This document shows positions 27,001 through 42,000 of a DNA stretch of 64,000 nt, piece by piece. This DNA is from Yuukianura sp. NJ FZ-2021 (taxonomy: Eukaryota). A model generated the notes under the pieces. The model worked only from the letters and a program-made list of their open reading frames with translations. It ran no database searches and had not been told where the DNA came from. The translations under genes were made by a program, and so were the position numbers. The first letter of the stretch is position 1, and every line of letters starts with the position of its first letter. The stretch is from the NCBI GenBank assembly GCA_046563655.1, contig CM102287.1:1860001-1924000 (forward strand), read 5' to 3'.

Positions 27001-30000
27001 TATAACACTTTCCAAATAAAAATTGAACATTCACCATTATTTGCAATTATTGGTTGGAATTTTCAAGAAATACTTTTGTATGTTTTACTAACATCGTTCA
27101 CTTCAAATAAAGGACATCTTAATAACTTGTGTCCAAAAACAATCCGAAATTCTATTTTAGCACAACTTTACTATGCAACAAGTGCATAAATCTAACAGTC
27201 ATTTAGGTTTAACTAAGTGGTGAACTATACAACAAAGCCTGAAACACTAAAACATGGAATTTACCTTTGTTACCGTTGATAACCATCTTTATCTTATGCA
27301 TCAAATACCGGTCCACTTTGTCGTACTGCATCAACGACAAAATCACCCAGTGAACCACATGTTGTCAGGGTTCATCTTTGAGCACAAACGAGAAGTGCCG
27401 GTGAAATGTCGAGCTTGCCCTCACTCCAGATACCAACCAGGAGTTCTCACTTTGATACTAGGAATCACGATCACTCAGTTGCCTATGGAATTTCAGGGAA
27501 TATTCGATTATAACACTTTCCAAATAAAAATTGAACATTCACCATTATTTGCAATTATTGGTTGGAATTTTCAAGAAATACTTTTGTATGTTTTACTAAC
27601 ATCGTTCACTTCAAATAAAGGACATCTTAATAACTTGTGTCCAAAAACAATCCGAAATTCTATTTTAGCACAACTTTACTATGCAACAAGTGCATAAATC
27701 TAACAGTCATTTAGGTTTAACTAAGTGGTGAACTATACAACAAAGCCTGAAACACTAAAACATGGAATTTACCTTTGTTACCGTTGATAACCATCTTTAT
27801 CTTATGCATCAAATACCGGTCCACTTTGTCGTACTGCATCAACGACAAAATCACCCAGTGAACCACATGTTGTCAGGGTTCATCTTTGAGCACAAACGAG
27901 AAGTGCCGGTGAAATGTCGAGCTTGCCCTCACTCCAGATACCAACCAGGAGTTCTCACTTTGATACTAGGAATCACGATCACTCAGTTGCCTATGGAATT
28001 TCAGGGAATATTCGATTATAACACTTTCCAAATAAAAATTGAACATTCACCATTATTTGCAATTATTGGTTGGAATTTTCAAGAAATACTTTTGTATGTT
28101 TTACTAACATCGTTCACTTCAAATAAAGGACATCTTAATAACTTGTGTCCAAAAACAGTGCGAAATTCTATTTTAGCACAACTTTACTATGCAACAAGTG
28201 CATAAATCTAACAGTCATTTAGGTTTAACTAAGTGGTGAACTATACAACAAAGCCTGAAACACTAAAACATGGAATTTACCTTTGTTACCGTTGATAACC
28301 ATCTTTATCTTATGCATCAAATACCGGTCCACTTTGTCGTACTGCATCAACGACAAAATCACCCAGTGAACCACATGTTGTCAGGGTTCATCTTTGAGCA
28401 CAAACGAGAAGTGCCGGTGAAATGTCGAGCTTGCCCTCACTCCAGATACCAACCAGGAGTTCTCACTTTGATACTAGGAATCACGATCACTCAGTTGCCT
28501 ATGGAATTTCAGGGAATATTCGATTATAACACTTTCCAAATAAAAATTGAACATTCACCATTATTTGCAATTATTGGTTGGAATTTTCAAGAAATACTTT
28601 TGTATGTTTTACTAACATCGTTCACTTCAAATAAAGGACATCTTAATAACTTGTGTCCAAAAACAGTGCGAAATTTTATTTTAGCACAACTTTACTATGC
28701 AACAAGTGCATAAATCTAACAGTCATTTAGGTTTAACTAAGTGGTGAACTATACAACAAAGCCTGAAACACTAAAACATGGAATTTACCTTTGTTACCGT
28801 TGATAACCATCTTTATCTTATGCATCAAATACCGGTCCACTTTGTCGTACTGCATCAACGACAAAATCACCCAGTGAACCACATGTTGTCAGGGTTCATC
28901 TTTGAGCACAAACGAGAAGTGCCGGTGAAATGTCGAGCTTGCCCTCACTCCAGATACCAACCAGGAGTTCTCACTTTGATACTAGGAATCACGATCACTC
29001 AGTTGCCTATGGAATTTCAGGGAATATTCGATTATAACACTTTCCAAATAAAAATTGAACATTCACCATTATTTGCAATTATTGGTTGGAATTTTCAAGA
29101 AATACTTTTGTATGTTTTACTAACATCGTTCACTTCAAATAAAGGACATCTTAATAACTTGTGTCCAAAAACAGTGCGAAATTCTATTTTAGCACAACTT
29201 TACTATGCAACAAGTGCATAAATCTAACAGTCATTTAGGTTTAACTAAGTGGTGAACTATACAACAAAGCCTGAAACACTAAAACATGGAATTTACCTTT
29301 GTTACCGTTGATAACCATCTTTATCTTATGCATCAAATACCGGTCCACTTTGTCGTACTGCATCAACGACAAAATCACCCAGTGAACCACATGTTGTCAG
29401 GGTTCATCTTTGAGCACAAACGAGAAGTGCCGGTGAAATGTCGAGCTTGCCCTCACTCCAGATACCAACCAGGAGTTCTCACTTTGATACTAGGAATCAC
29501 GATCACTCAGTTGCCTATGGAATTTCAGGGAATATTCGATTATAACACTTTCCAAATAAAAATTGAACATTCACCATTATTTGCAATTATTGGTTGGAAT
29601 TTTCAAGAAATACTTTTGTATGTTTTACTAACATCGTTCACTTCAAATAAAGGACATCTTAATAACTTGTGTCCAAAAACAATCCGAAATTTTATTTTAG
29701 CACAACTTTACTATGCAACAAGTGCATAAATCTAACAGTCATTTAGGTTTAACTAAGTGGTGAACTATACAACAAAGCCTGAAACACTAAAACATGGAAT
29801 TTACCTTTGTTACCGTTGATAACCATCTTTATCTTATGCATCAAATACCGGTCCACTTTGTCGTACTGCATCAACGACAAAATCATCCAGTGAACCACAT
29901 GTTGTCAGGGTTCATCTTTGAGCACAAACGAGAAGTGCCGGTGAAATGTCGAGCTTGCCCTCACTCCAGATACCAACCAGGAGTTCTCACTTTGATACTA

Positions 30001-33000
30001 GGAATCACGATCACTCAGTTGCCTATGGAATTTCAGGGAATATTCGATTATAACACTTTCCAAATAAAAATTGAACATTCACCATTATTTGCAATTATTG
30101 GTTGGAATTTTCAAGAAATACTTTTGTATGTTTTACTAACATCGTTCACTTCAAATAAAGGACATCTTAATAACTTGTGTCCAAAAACAATCCGAAATTT
30201 TATTTTAGCACAACTTTACTATGCAACAAGTGCATAAATCTAACAGTCATTTAGGTTTAACTAAGTGGTGAACTATACAACAAAGCCTGAAACACTAAAA
30301 CATGGAATTTACCTTTGTTACCGTTGATAACCATCTTTATCTTATGCATCAAATACCGGTCCACTTTGTCGTACTGCATCAACGACAAAATCATCCAGTG
30401 AACCACATGTTGTCAGGGTTCATCTTTGAGCACAAACGAGAAGTGCCGGTGAAATGTCGAGCTTGCCCTCACTCCAGATACCAACCAGGAGTTCTCACTT
30501 TGATACTAGGAATCACGATCACTCAGTTGCCTATGGAATTTCAGGGAATATTCGATTATAACACTTTCCAAATAAAAATTGAACATTCACCATTATTTGC
30601 AATTATTGGTTGGAATTTTCAAGAAATACTTTTGTATGTTTTACTAACATCGTTCACTTCAAATAAAGGACATCTTAATAACTTGTGTCCAAAAACAATC
30701 CGAAATTTTATTTTAGCACAACTTTACTATGCAACAAGTGCATAAATCTAACAGTCATTTAGGTTTAACTAAGTGGTGAACTATACAACAAAGCCTGAAA
30801 CACTAAAACATGGAATTTACCTTTGTTACCGTTGATAACCATCTTTATCTTATGCATCAAATACCGGTCCACTTTGTCGTACTGCATCAACGACAAAATC
30901 ATCCAGTGAACCACATGTTGTCAGGGTTCATCTTTGAGCACAAACGAGAAGTGCCGGTGAAATGTCGAGCTTGCCCTCACTCCAGATACCAACCAGGAGT
31001 TCTCACTTTGATACTAGGAATCACGATCACTCAGTTGCCTATGGAATTTCAGGGAATATTCGATTATAACACTTTCCAAATAAAAATTGAACATTCACCA
31101 TTATTTGCAATTATTGGTTGGAATTTTCAAGAAATACTTTTGTATGTTTTACTAACATCGTTCACTTCAAATAAAGGACATCTTAATAACTTGTGTCCAA
31201 AAACAATCCGAAATTTTATTTTAGCACAACTTTACTATGCAACAAGTGCATAAATCTAACAGTCATTTAGGTTTAACTAAGTGGTGAACTATACAACAAA
31301 GCCTGAAACACTAAAACATGGAATTTACCTTTGTTACCGTTGATAACCATCTTTATCTTATGCATCAAATACCGGTCCACTTTGTCGTACTGCATCAACG
31401 ACAAAATCACCCAGTGAACCACATGTTGTCAGGGTTCATCTTTGAGCACAAACGAGAAGTGCCGGTGAAATGTCGAGCTTGCCCTCACTCCAGATACCAA
31501 CCAGGAGTTCTCACTTTGATACTAGGAATCACGATCACTCAGTTGCCTATGGAATTTCAGGGAATATTCGATTATAACACTTTCCAAATAAAAATTGAAC
31601 ATTCACCATTATTTGCAATTATTGGTTGGAATTTTCAAGAAATACTTTTGTATGTTTTACTAACATCGTTCACTTCAAATAAAGGACATCTTAATAACTT
31701 GTGTCCAAAAACAATCCGAAATTTTATTTTAGCACAACTTTACTATGCAACAAGTGCATAAATCTAACAGTCATTTAGGTTTAACTAAGTGGTGAACTAT
31801 ACAACAAAGCCTGAAACACTAAAACATGGAATTTACCTTTGTTACCGTTGATAACCATCTTTATCTTATGCATCAAATACCGGTCCACTTTGTCGTACTG
31901 CATCAACGACAAAATCACCCAGTGAACCACATGTTGTCAGGGTTCATCTTTGAGCACAAACGAGAAGTGCCGGTGAAATGTCGAGCTTGCCCTCACTCCA
32001 GATACCAACCAGGAGTTCTCACTTTGATACTAGGAATCACGATCACTCAGTTGCCTATGGAATTTCAGGGAATATTCGATTATAACACTTTCCAAATAAA
32101 AATTGAACATTCACCATTATTTGCAATTATTGGTTGGAATTTTCAAGAAATACTTTTGTATGTTTTACTAACATCGTTCACTTCAAATAAAGGACATCTT
32201 AATAACTTGTGTCCAAAAACAATCCGAAATTTTATTTTAGCACAACTTTACTATGCAACAAGTGCATAAATCTAACAGTCATTTAGGTTTAACTAAGTGG
32301 TGAACTATACAACAAAGCCTGAAACACTAAAACATGGAATTTACCTTTGTTACCGTTGATAACCATCTTTATCTTATGCATCAAATACCGGTCCACTTTG
32401 TCGTACTGCATCAACGACAAAATCACCCAGTGAACCACATGTTGTCAGGGTTCATCTTTGAGCACAAACGAGAAGTGCCGGTGAAATGTCGAGCTTGCCC
32501 TCACTCCAGATACCAACCAGGAGTTCTCACTTTGATACTAGGAATCACGATCACTCAGTTGCCTATGGAATTTCAGGGAATATTCGATTATAACACTTTC
32601 CAAATAAAAATTGAACATTCACCATTATTTGCAATTATTGGTTGGAATTTTCAAGAAATACTTTTGTATGTTTTACTAACATCGTTCACTTCAAATAAAG
32701 GACATCTTAATAACTTGTGTCCAAAAACAATCCGAAATTTTATTTTAGCACAACTTTACTATGCAACAAGTGCATAAATCTAACAGTCATTTAGGTTTAA
32801 CTAAGTGGTGAACTATACAACAAAGCCTGAAACACTAAAACATGGAATTTACCTTTGTTACCGTTGATAACCATCTTTATCTTATGCATCAAATACCGGT
32901 CCACTTTGTCGTACTGCATCAACGACAAAATCACCCAGTGAACCACATGTTGTCAGGGTTCATCTTTGAGCACAAACGAGAAGTGCCGGTGAAATGTCGA

Positions 33001-36000
33001 GCTTGCCCTCACTCCAGATACCAACCAGGAGTTCTCACTTTGATACTAGGAATCACGATCACTCAGTTGCCTATGGAATTTCAGGGAATATTCGATTATA
33101 ACACTTTCCAAATAAAAATTGAACATTCACCATTATTTGCAATTATTGGTTGGAATTTTCAAGAAATACTTTTGTATGTTTTACTAACATCGTTCACTTC
33201 AAATAAAGGACATCTTAATAACTTGTGTCCAAAAACAATCCGAAATTTTATTTTAGCACAACTTTACTATGCAACAAGTGCATAAATCTAACAGTCATTT
33301 AGGTTTAACTAAGTGGTGAACTATACAACAAAGCCTGAAACACTAAAACATGGAATTTACCTTTGTTACCGTTGATAACCATCTTTATCTTATGCATCAA
33401 ATACCGGTCCACTTTGTCGTACTGCATCAACGACAAAATCACCCAGTGAACCACATGTTGTCAGGGTTCATCTTTGAGCACAAACGAGAAGTGCCGGTGA
33501 AATGTCGAGCTTGCCCTCACTCCAGATACCAACCAGGAGTTCTCACTTTGATACTAGGAATCACGATCACTCAGTTGCCTATGGAATTTCAGGGAATATT
33601 CGATTATAACACTTTCCAAATAAAAATTGAACATTCACCATTATTTGCAATTATTGGTTGGAATTTTCAAGAAATACTTTTGTATGTTTTACTAACATCG
33701 TTCACTTCAAATAAAGGACATCTTAATAACTTGTGTCCAAAAACAATCCGAAATTTTATTTTAGCACAACTTTACTATGCAACAAGTGCATAAATCTAAC
33801 AGTCATTTAGGTTTAACTAAGTGGTGAACTATACAACAAAGCCTGAAACACTAAAACATGGAATTTACCTTTGTTACCGTTGATAACCATCTTTATCTTA
33901 TGCATCAAATACCGGTCCACTTTGTCGTACTGCATCAACGACAAAATCACCCAGTGAACCACATGTTGTCAGGGTTCATCTTTGAGCACAAACGAGAAGT
34001 GCCGGTGAAATGTCGAGCTTGCCCTCACTCCAGATACCAACCAGGAGTTCTCACTTTGATACTAGGAATCACGATCACTCAGTTGCCTATGGAATTTCAG
34101 GGAATATTCGATTATAACACTTTCCAAATAAAAATTGAACATTCACCATTATTTGCAATTATTGGTTGGAATTTTCAAGAAATACTTTTGTATGTTTTAC
34201 TAACATCGTTCACTTCAAATAAAGGACATCTTAATAACTTGTGTCCAAAAACAATCCGAAATTTTATTTTAGCACAACTTTACTATGCAACAAGTGCATA
34301 AATCTAACAGTCATTTAGGTTTAACTAAGTGGTGAACTATACAACAAAGCCTGAAACACTAAAACATGGAATTTACCTTTGTTACCGTTGATAACCATCT
34401 TTATCTTATGCATCAAATACCGGTCCACTTTGTCGTACTGCATCAACGACAAAATCACCCAGTGAACCACATGTTGTCAGGGTTCATCTTTGAGCACAAA
34501 CGAGAAGTGCCGGTGAAATGTCGAGCTTGCCCTCACTCCAGATACCAACCAGGAGTTCTCACTTTGATACTAGGAATCACGATCACTCAGTTGCCTATGG
34601 AATTTCAGGGAATATTCGATTATAACACTTTCCAAATAAAAATTGAACATTCACCATTATTTGCAATTATTGGTTGGAATTTTCAAGAAATACTTTTGTA
34701 TGTTTTACTAACATCGTTCACTTCAAATAAAGGACATCTTAATAACTTGTGTCCAAAAACAGTCCGAAATTTTATTTTAGCACAACTTTACTATGCAACA
34801 AGTGCATAAATCTAACAGTCATTTAGGTTTAACTAAGTGGTGAACTATACAACAAAGCCTGAAACACTAAAACATGGAATTTACCTTTGTTACCGTTGAT
34901 AACCATCTTTATCTTATGCATCAAATACCGGTCCACTTTGTCGTACTGCATCAACGACAAAATCACCCAGTGAACCACATGTTGTCAGGGTTCATCTTTG
35001 AGCACAAACGAGAAGTGCCGGTGAAATGTCGAGCTTGCCCTCACTCCAGATACCAACCAGGAGTTCTCACTTTGATACTAGGAATCACGATCACTCAGTT
35101 GCCTATGGAATTTCAGGGAATATTCGATTATAACACTTTCCAAATAAAAATTGAACATTCACCATTATTTGCAATTATTGGTTGGAATTTTCAAGAAATA
35201 CTTTTGTATGTTTTACTAACATCGTTCACTTCAAATAAAGGACATCTTAATAACTTGTGTCCAAAAACAATCCGAAATTTTATTTTAGCACAACTTTACT
35301 ATGCAACAAGTGCATAAATCTAACAGTCATTTAGGTTTAACTAAGTGGTGAACTATACAACAAAGCCTGAAACACTAAAACATGGAATTTACCTTTGTTA
35401 CCGTTGATAACCATCTTTATCTTATGCATCAAATACCGGTCCACTTTGTCGTACTGCATCAACGACAAAATCACCCAGTGAACCACATGTTGTCAGGGTT
35501 CATCTTTGAGCACAAACGAGAAGTGCCGGTGAAATGTCGAGCTTGCCCTCACTCCAGATACCAACCAGGAGTTCTCACTTTGATACTAGGAATCACGATC
35601 ACTCAGTTGCCTATGGAATTTCAGGGAATATTCGATTATAACACTTTCCAAATCAAAATTGAACATTCACCATTATTTGCAATTATTGGTTGGAATTTTC
35701 AAGAAATACTTTTGTATGTTTTACTAACATCGTTCACTTCAAATAAAGGACATCTTAATAACTTGTGTCCAAAAACAGTCCGAAATTTTATTTTAGCACA
35801 ACTTTACTATGCAACAAGTGCATAAATCTAACAGTCATTTAGGTTTAACTAAGTGGTGAACTATACAACAAAGCCTGAAACACTAAAACATGGAATTTAC
35901 CTTTGTTACCGTTGATAACCATCTTTATCTTATGCATCAAATACCGGTCCACTTTGTCGTACTGCATCAACGACAAAATCACCCAGTGAACCACATGTTG

Positions 36001-39000
36001 TCAGGGTTCATCTTTGAGCACAAACGAGAAGTGCCGGTGAAATGTCGAGCTTGCCCTCACTCCAGATACCAACCAGGAGTTCTCACTTTGATACTAGGAA
36101 TCACGATCACTCAGTTGCCTATGGAATTTCAGGGAATATTCGATTATAACACTTTCCAAATAAAAATTGAACATTCACCATTATTTGCAATTATTGGTTG
36201 GAATTTTCAAGAAATACTTTTGTATGTTTTACTAACATCGTTCACTTCAAATAAAGGACATCTTAATAACTTGTGTCCAAAAACAATCCGAAATTTTATT
36301 TTAGCACAACTTTACTATGCAACAAGTGCATAAATCTAACAGTCATTTAGGTTTAACTAAGTGGTGAACTATACAACAAAGCCTGAAACACTAAAACATG
36401 GAATTTACCTTTGTTACCGTTGATAACCATCTTTATCTTATGCATCAAATACCGGTCCACTTTGTCGTACTGCATCAACGACAAAATCACCCAGTGAACC
36501 ACATGTTGTCAGGGTTCATCTTTGAGCACAAACGAGAAGTGCCGGTGAAATGTCGAGCTTGCCCTCACTCCAGATACCAACCAGGAGTTCTCACTTTGAT
36601 ACTAGGAATCACGATCACTCAGTTGCCTATGGAATTTCAGGGAATATTCGATTATAACACTTTCCAAATAAAAATTGAACATTCACCATTATTTGCAATT
36701 ATTGGTTGGAATTTTCAAGAAATACTTTTGTATGTTTTACTAACATCGTTCACTTCAAATAAAGGACATCTTAATAACTTGTGTCCAAAAACAATCCGAA
36801 ATTTTATTTTAGCACAACTTTACTATGCAACAAGTGCATAAATCTAACAGTCATTTAGGTTTAACTAAGTGGTGAACTATACAACAAAGCCTGAAACACT
36901 AAAACATGGAATTTACCTTTGTTACCGTTGATAACCATCTTTATCTTATGCATCAAATACCGGTCCACTTTGTCGTACTGCATCAACGACAAAATCACCC
37001 AGTGAACCACATGTTGTCAGGGTTCATCTTTGAGCACAAACGAGAAGTGCCGGTGAAATGTCGAGCTTGCCCTCACTCCAGATACCAACCAGGAGTTCTC
37101 ACTTTGATACTAGGAATCACGATCACTCAGTTGCCTATGGAATTTCAGGGAATATTCGATTATAACACTTTCCAAATAAAAATTGAACATTCACCATTAT
37201 TTGCAATTATTGGTTGGAATTTTCAAGAAATACTTTTGTATGTTTTACTAACATCGTTCACTTCAAATAAAGGACATCTTAATAACTTGTGTCCAAAAAC
37301 AATCCGAAATTTTATTTTAGCACAACTTTACTATGCAACAAGTGCATAAATCTAACAGTCATTTAGGTTTAACTAAGTGGTGAACTATACAACAAAGCCT
37401 GAAACACTAAAACATGGAATTTACCTTTGTTACCGTTGATAACCATCTTTATCTTATGCATCAAATACCGGTCCACTTTGTCGTACTGCATCAACGACAA
37501 AATCACCCAGTGAACCACATGTTGTCAGGGTTCATCTTTGAGCACAAACGAGAAGTGCCGGTGAAATGTCGAGCTTGCCCTCACTCCAGATACCAACCAG
37601 GAGTTCTCACTTTGATACTAGGAATCACGATCACTCAGTTGCCTATGGAATTTCAGGGAATATTCGATTATAACACTTTCCAAATAAAAATTGAACATTC
37701 ACCATTATTTGCAATTATTGGTTGGAATTTTCAAGAAATACTTTTGTATGTTTTACTAACATCGTTCACTTCAAATAAAGGACATCTTAATAACTTGTGT
37801 CCAAAAACAATCCGAAATTTTATTTTAGCACAACTTTACTATGCAACAAGTGCATAAATCTAACAGTCATTTAGGTTTAACTAAGTGGTGAACTATACAA
37901 CAAAGCCTGAAACACTAAAACATGGAATTTACCTTTGTTACCGTTGATAACCATCTTTATCTTATGCATCAAATACCGGTCCACTTTGTCGTACTGCATC
38001 AACGACAAAATCACCCAGTGAACCACATGTTGTCAGGGTTCATCTTTGAGCACAAACGAGAAGTGCCGGTGAAATGTCGAGCTTGCCCTCACTCCAGATA
38101 CCAACCAGGAGTTCTCACTTTGATACTAGGAATCACGATCACTCAGTTGCCTATGGAATTTCAGGGAATATTCGATTATAACACTTTCCAAATAAAAATT
38201 GAACATTCACCATTATTTGCAATTATTGGTTGGAATTTTCAAGAAATACTTTTGTATGTTTTACTAACATCGTTCACTTCAAATAAAGGACATCTTAATA
38301 ACTTGTGTCCAAAAACAATCCGAAATTTTATTTTAGCACAACTTTACTATGCAACAAGTGCATAAATCTAACAGTCATTTAGGTTTAACTAAGTGGTGAA
38401 CTATACAACAAAGCCTGAAACACTAAAACATGGAATTTACCTTTGTTACCGTTGATAACCATCTTTATCTTATGCATCAAATACCGGTCCACTTTGTCGT
38501 ACTGCATCAACGACAAAATCACCCAGTGAACCACATGTTGTCAGGGTTCATCTTTGAGCACAAACGAGAAGTGCCGGTGAAATGTCGAGCTTGCCCTCAC
38601 TCCAGATACCAACCAGGAGTTCTCACTTTGATACTAGGAATCACGATCACTCAGTTGCCTATGGAATTTCAGGGAATATTCGATTATAACACTTTCCAAA
38701 TAAAAATTGAACATTCACCATTATTTGCAATTATTGGTTGGAATTTTCAAGAAATACTTTTGTATGTTTTACTAACATCGTTCACTTCAAATAAAGGACA
38801 TCTTAATAACTTGTGTCCAAAAACAATCCGAAATTTTATTTTAGCACAACTTTACTATGCAACAAGTGCATAAATCTAACAGTCATTTAGGTTTAACTAA
38901 GTGGTGAACTATACAACAAAGCCTGAAACACTAAAACATGGAATTTACCTTTGTTACCGTTGATAACCATCTTTATCTTATGCATCAAATACCGGTCCAC

Positions 39001-42000
39001 TTTGTCGTACTGCATCAACGACAAAATCACCCAGTGAACCACATGTTGTCAGGGTTCATCTTTGAGCACAAACGAGAAGTGCCGGTGAAATGTCGAGCTT
39101 GCCCTCACTCCAGATACCAACCAGGAGTTCTCACTTTGATACTAGGAATCACGATCACTCAGTTGCCTATGGAATTTCAGGGAATATTCGATTATAACAC
39201 TTTCCAAATAAAAATTGAACATTCACCATTATTTGCAATTATTGGTTGGAATTTTCAAGAAATACTTTTGTATGTTTTACTAACATCGTTCACTTCAAAT
39301 AAAGGACATCTTAATAACTTGTGTCCAAAAACAATCCGAAATTTTATTTTAGCACAACTTTACTATGCAACAAGTGCATAAATCTAACAGTCATTTAGGT
39401 TTAACTAAGTGGTGAACTATACAACAAAGCCTGAAACACTAAAACATGGAATTTACCTTTGTTACCGTTGATAACCATCTTTATCTTATGCATCAAATAC
39501 CGGTCCACTTTGTCGTACTGCATCAACGACAAAATCACCCAGTGAACCACATGTTGTCAGGGTTCATCTTTGAGCACAAACGAGAAGTGCCGGTGAAATG
39601 TCGAGCTTGCCCTCACTCCAGATACCAACCAGGAGTTCTCACTTTGATACTAGGAATCACGATCACTCAGTTGCCTATGGAATTTCAGGGAATATTCGAT
39701 TATAACACTTTCCAAATAAAAATTGAACATTCACCATTATTTGCAATTATTGGTTGGAATTTTCAAGAAATACTTTTGTATGTTTTACTAACATCGTTCA
39801 CTTCAAATAAAGGACATCTTAATAACTTGTGTCCAAAAACAATCCGAAATTTTATTTTAGCACAACTTTACTATGCAACAAGTGCATAAATCTAACAGTC
39901 ATTTAGGTTTAACTAAGTGGTGAACTATACAACAAAGCCTGAAACACTAAAACATGGAATTTACCTTTGTTACCGTTGATAACCATCTTTATCTTATGCA
40001 TCAAATACCGGTCCACTTTGTCGTACTGCATCAACGACAAAATCACCCAGTGAACCACATGTTGTCAGGGTTCATCTTTGAGCACAAACGAGAAGTGCCG
40101 GTGAAATGTCGAGCTTGCCCTCACTCCAGATACCAACCAGGAGTTCTCACTTTGATACTAGGAATCACGATCACTCAGTTGCCTATGGAATTTCAGGGAA
40201 TATTCGATTATAACACTTTCCAAATAAAAATTGAACATTCACCATTATTTGCAATTATTGGTTGGAATTTTCAAGAAATACTTTTGTATGTTTTACTAAC
40301 ATCGTTCACTTCAAATAAAGGACATCTTAATAACTTGTGTCCAAAAACAATCCGAAATTTTATTTTAGCACAACTTTACTATGCAACAAGTGCATAAATC
40401 TAACAGTCATTTAGGTTTAACTAAGTGGTGAACTATACAACAAAGCCTGAAACACTAAAACATGGAATTTACCTTTGTTACCGTTGATAACCATCTTTAT
40501 CTTATGCATCAAATACCGGTCCACTTTGTCGTACTGCATCAACGACAAAATCACCCAGTGAACCACATGTTGTCAGGGTTCATCTTTGAGCACAAACGAG
40601 AAGTGCCGGTGAAATGTCGAGCTTGCCCTCACTCCAGATACCAACCAGGAGTTCTCACTTTGATACTAGGAATCACGATCACTCAGTTGCCTATGGAATT
40701 TCAGGGAATATTCGATTATAACACTTTCCAAATAAAAATTGAACATTCACCATTATTTGCAATTATTGGTTGGAATTTTCAAGAAATACTTTTGTATGTT
40801 TTACTAACATCGTTCACTTCAAATAAAGGACATCTTAATAACTTGTGTCCAAAAACAATCCGAAATTTTATTTTAGCACAACTTTACTATGCAACAAGTG
40901 CATAAATCTAACAGTCATTTAGGTTTAACTAAGTGGTGAACTATACAACAAAGCCTGAAACACTAAAACATGGAATTTACCTTTGTTACCGTTGATAACC
41001 ATCTTTATCTTATGCATCAAATACCGGTCCACTTTGTCGTACTGCATCAACGACAAAATCACCCAGTGAACCACATGTTGTCAGGGTTCATCTTTGAGCA
41101 CAAACGAGAAGTGCCGGTGAAATGTCGAGCTTGCCCTCACTCCAGATACCAACCAGGAGTTCTCACTTTGATACTAGGAATCACGATCACTCAGTTGCCT
41201 ATGGAATTTCAGGGAATATTCGATTATAACACTTTCCAAATAAAAATTGAACATTCACCATTATTTGCAATTATTGGTTGGAATTTTCAAGAAATACTTT
41301 TGTATGTTTTACTAACATCGTTCACTTCAAATAAAGGACATCTTAATAACTTGTGTCCAAAAACAATCCGAAATTTTATTTTAGCACAACTTTACTATGC
41401 AACAAGTGCATAAATCTAACAGTCATTTAGGTTTAACTAAGTGGTGAACTATACAACAAAGCCTGAAACACTAAAACATGGAATTTACCTTTGTTACCGT
41501 TGATAACCATCTTTATCTTATGCATCAAATACCGGTCCACTTTGTCGTACTGCATCAACGACAAAATCACCCAGTGAACCACATGTTGTCAGGGTTCATC
41601 TTTGAGCACAAACGAGAAGTGCCGGTGAAATGTCGAGCTTGCCCTCACTCCAGATACCAACCAGGAGTTCTCACTTTGATACTAGGAATCACGATCACTC
41701 AGTTGCCTATGGAATTTCAGGGAATATTCGATTATAACACTTTCCAAATAAAAATTGAACATTCACCATTATTTGCAATTATTGGTTGGAATTTTCAAGA
41801 AATACTTTTGTATGTTTTACTAACATCGTTCACTTCAAATAAAGGACATCTTAATAACTTGTGTCCAAAAACAATCCGAAATTTTATTTTAGCACAACTT
41901 TACTATGCAACAAGTGCATAAATCTAACAGTCATTTAGGTTTAACTAAGTGGTGAACTATACAACAAAGCCTGAAACACTAAAACATGGAATTTACCTTT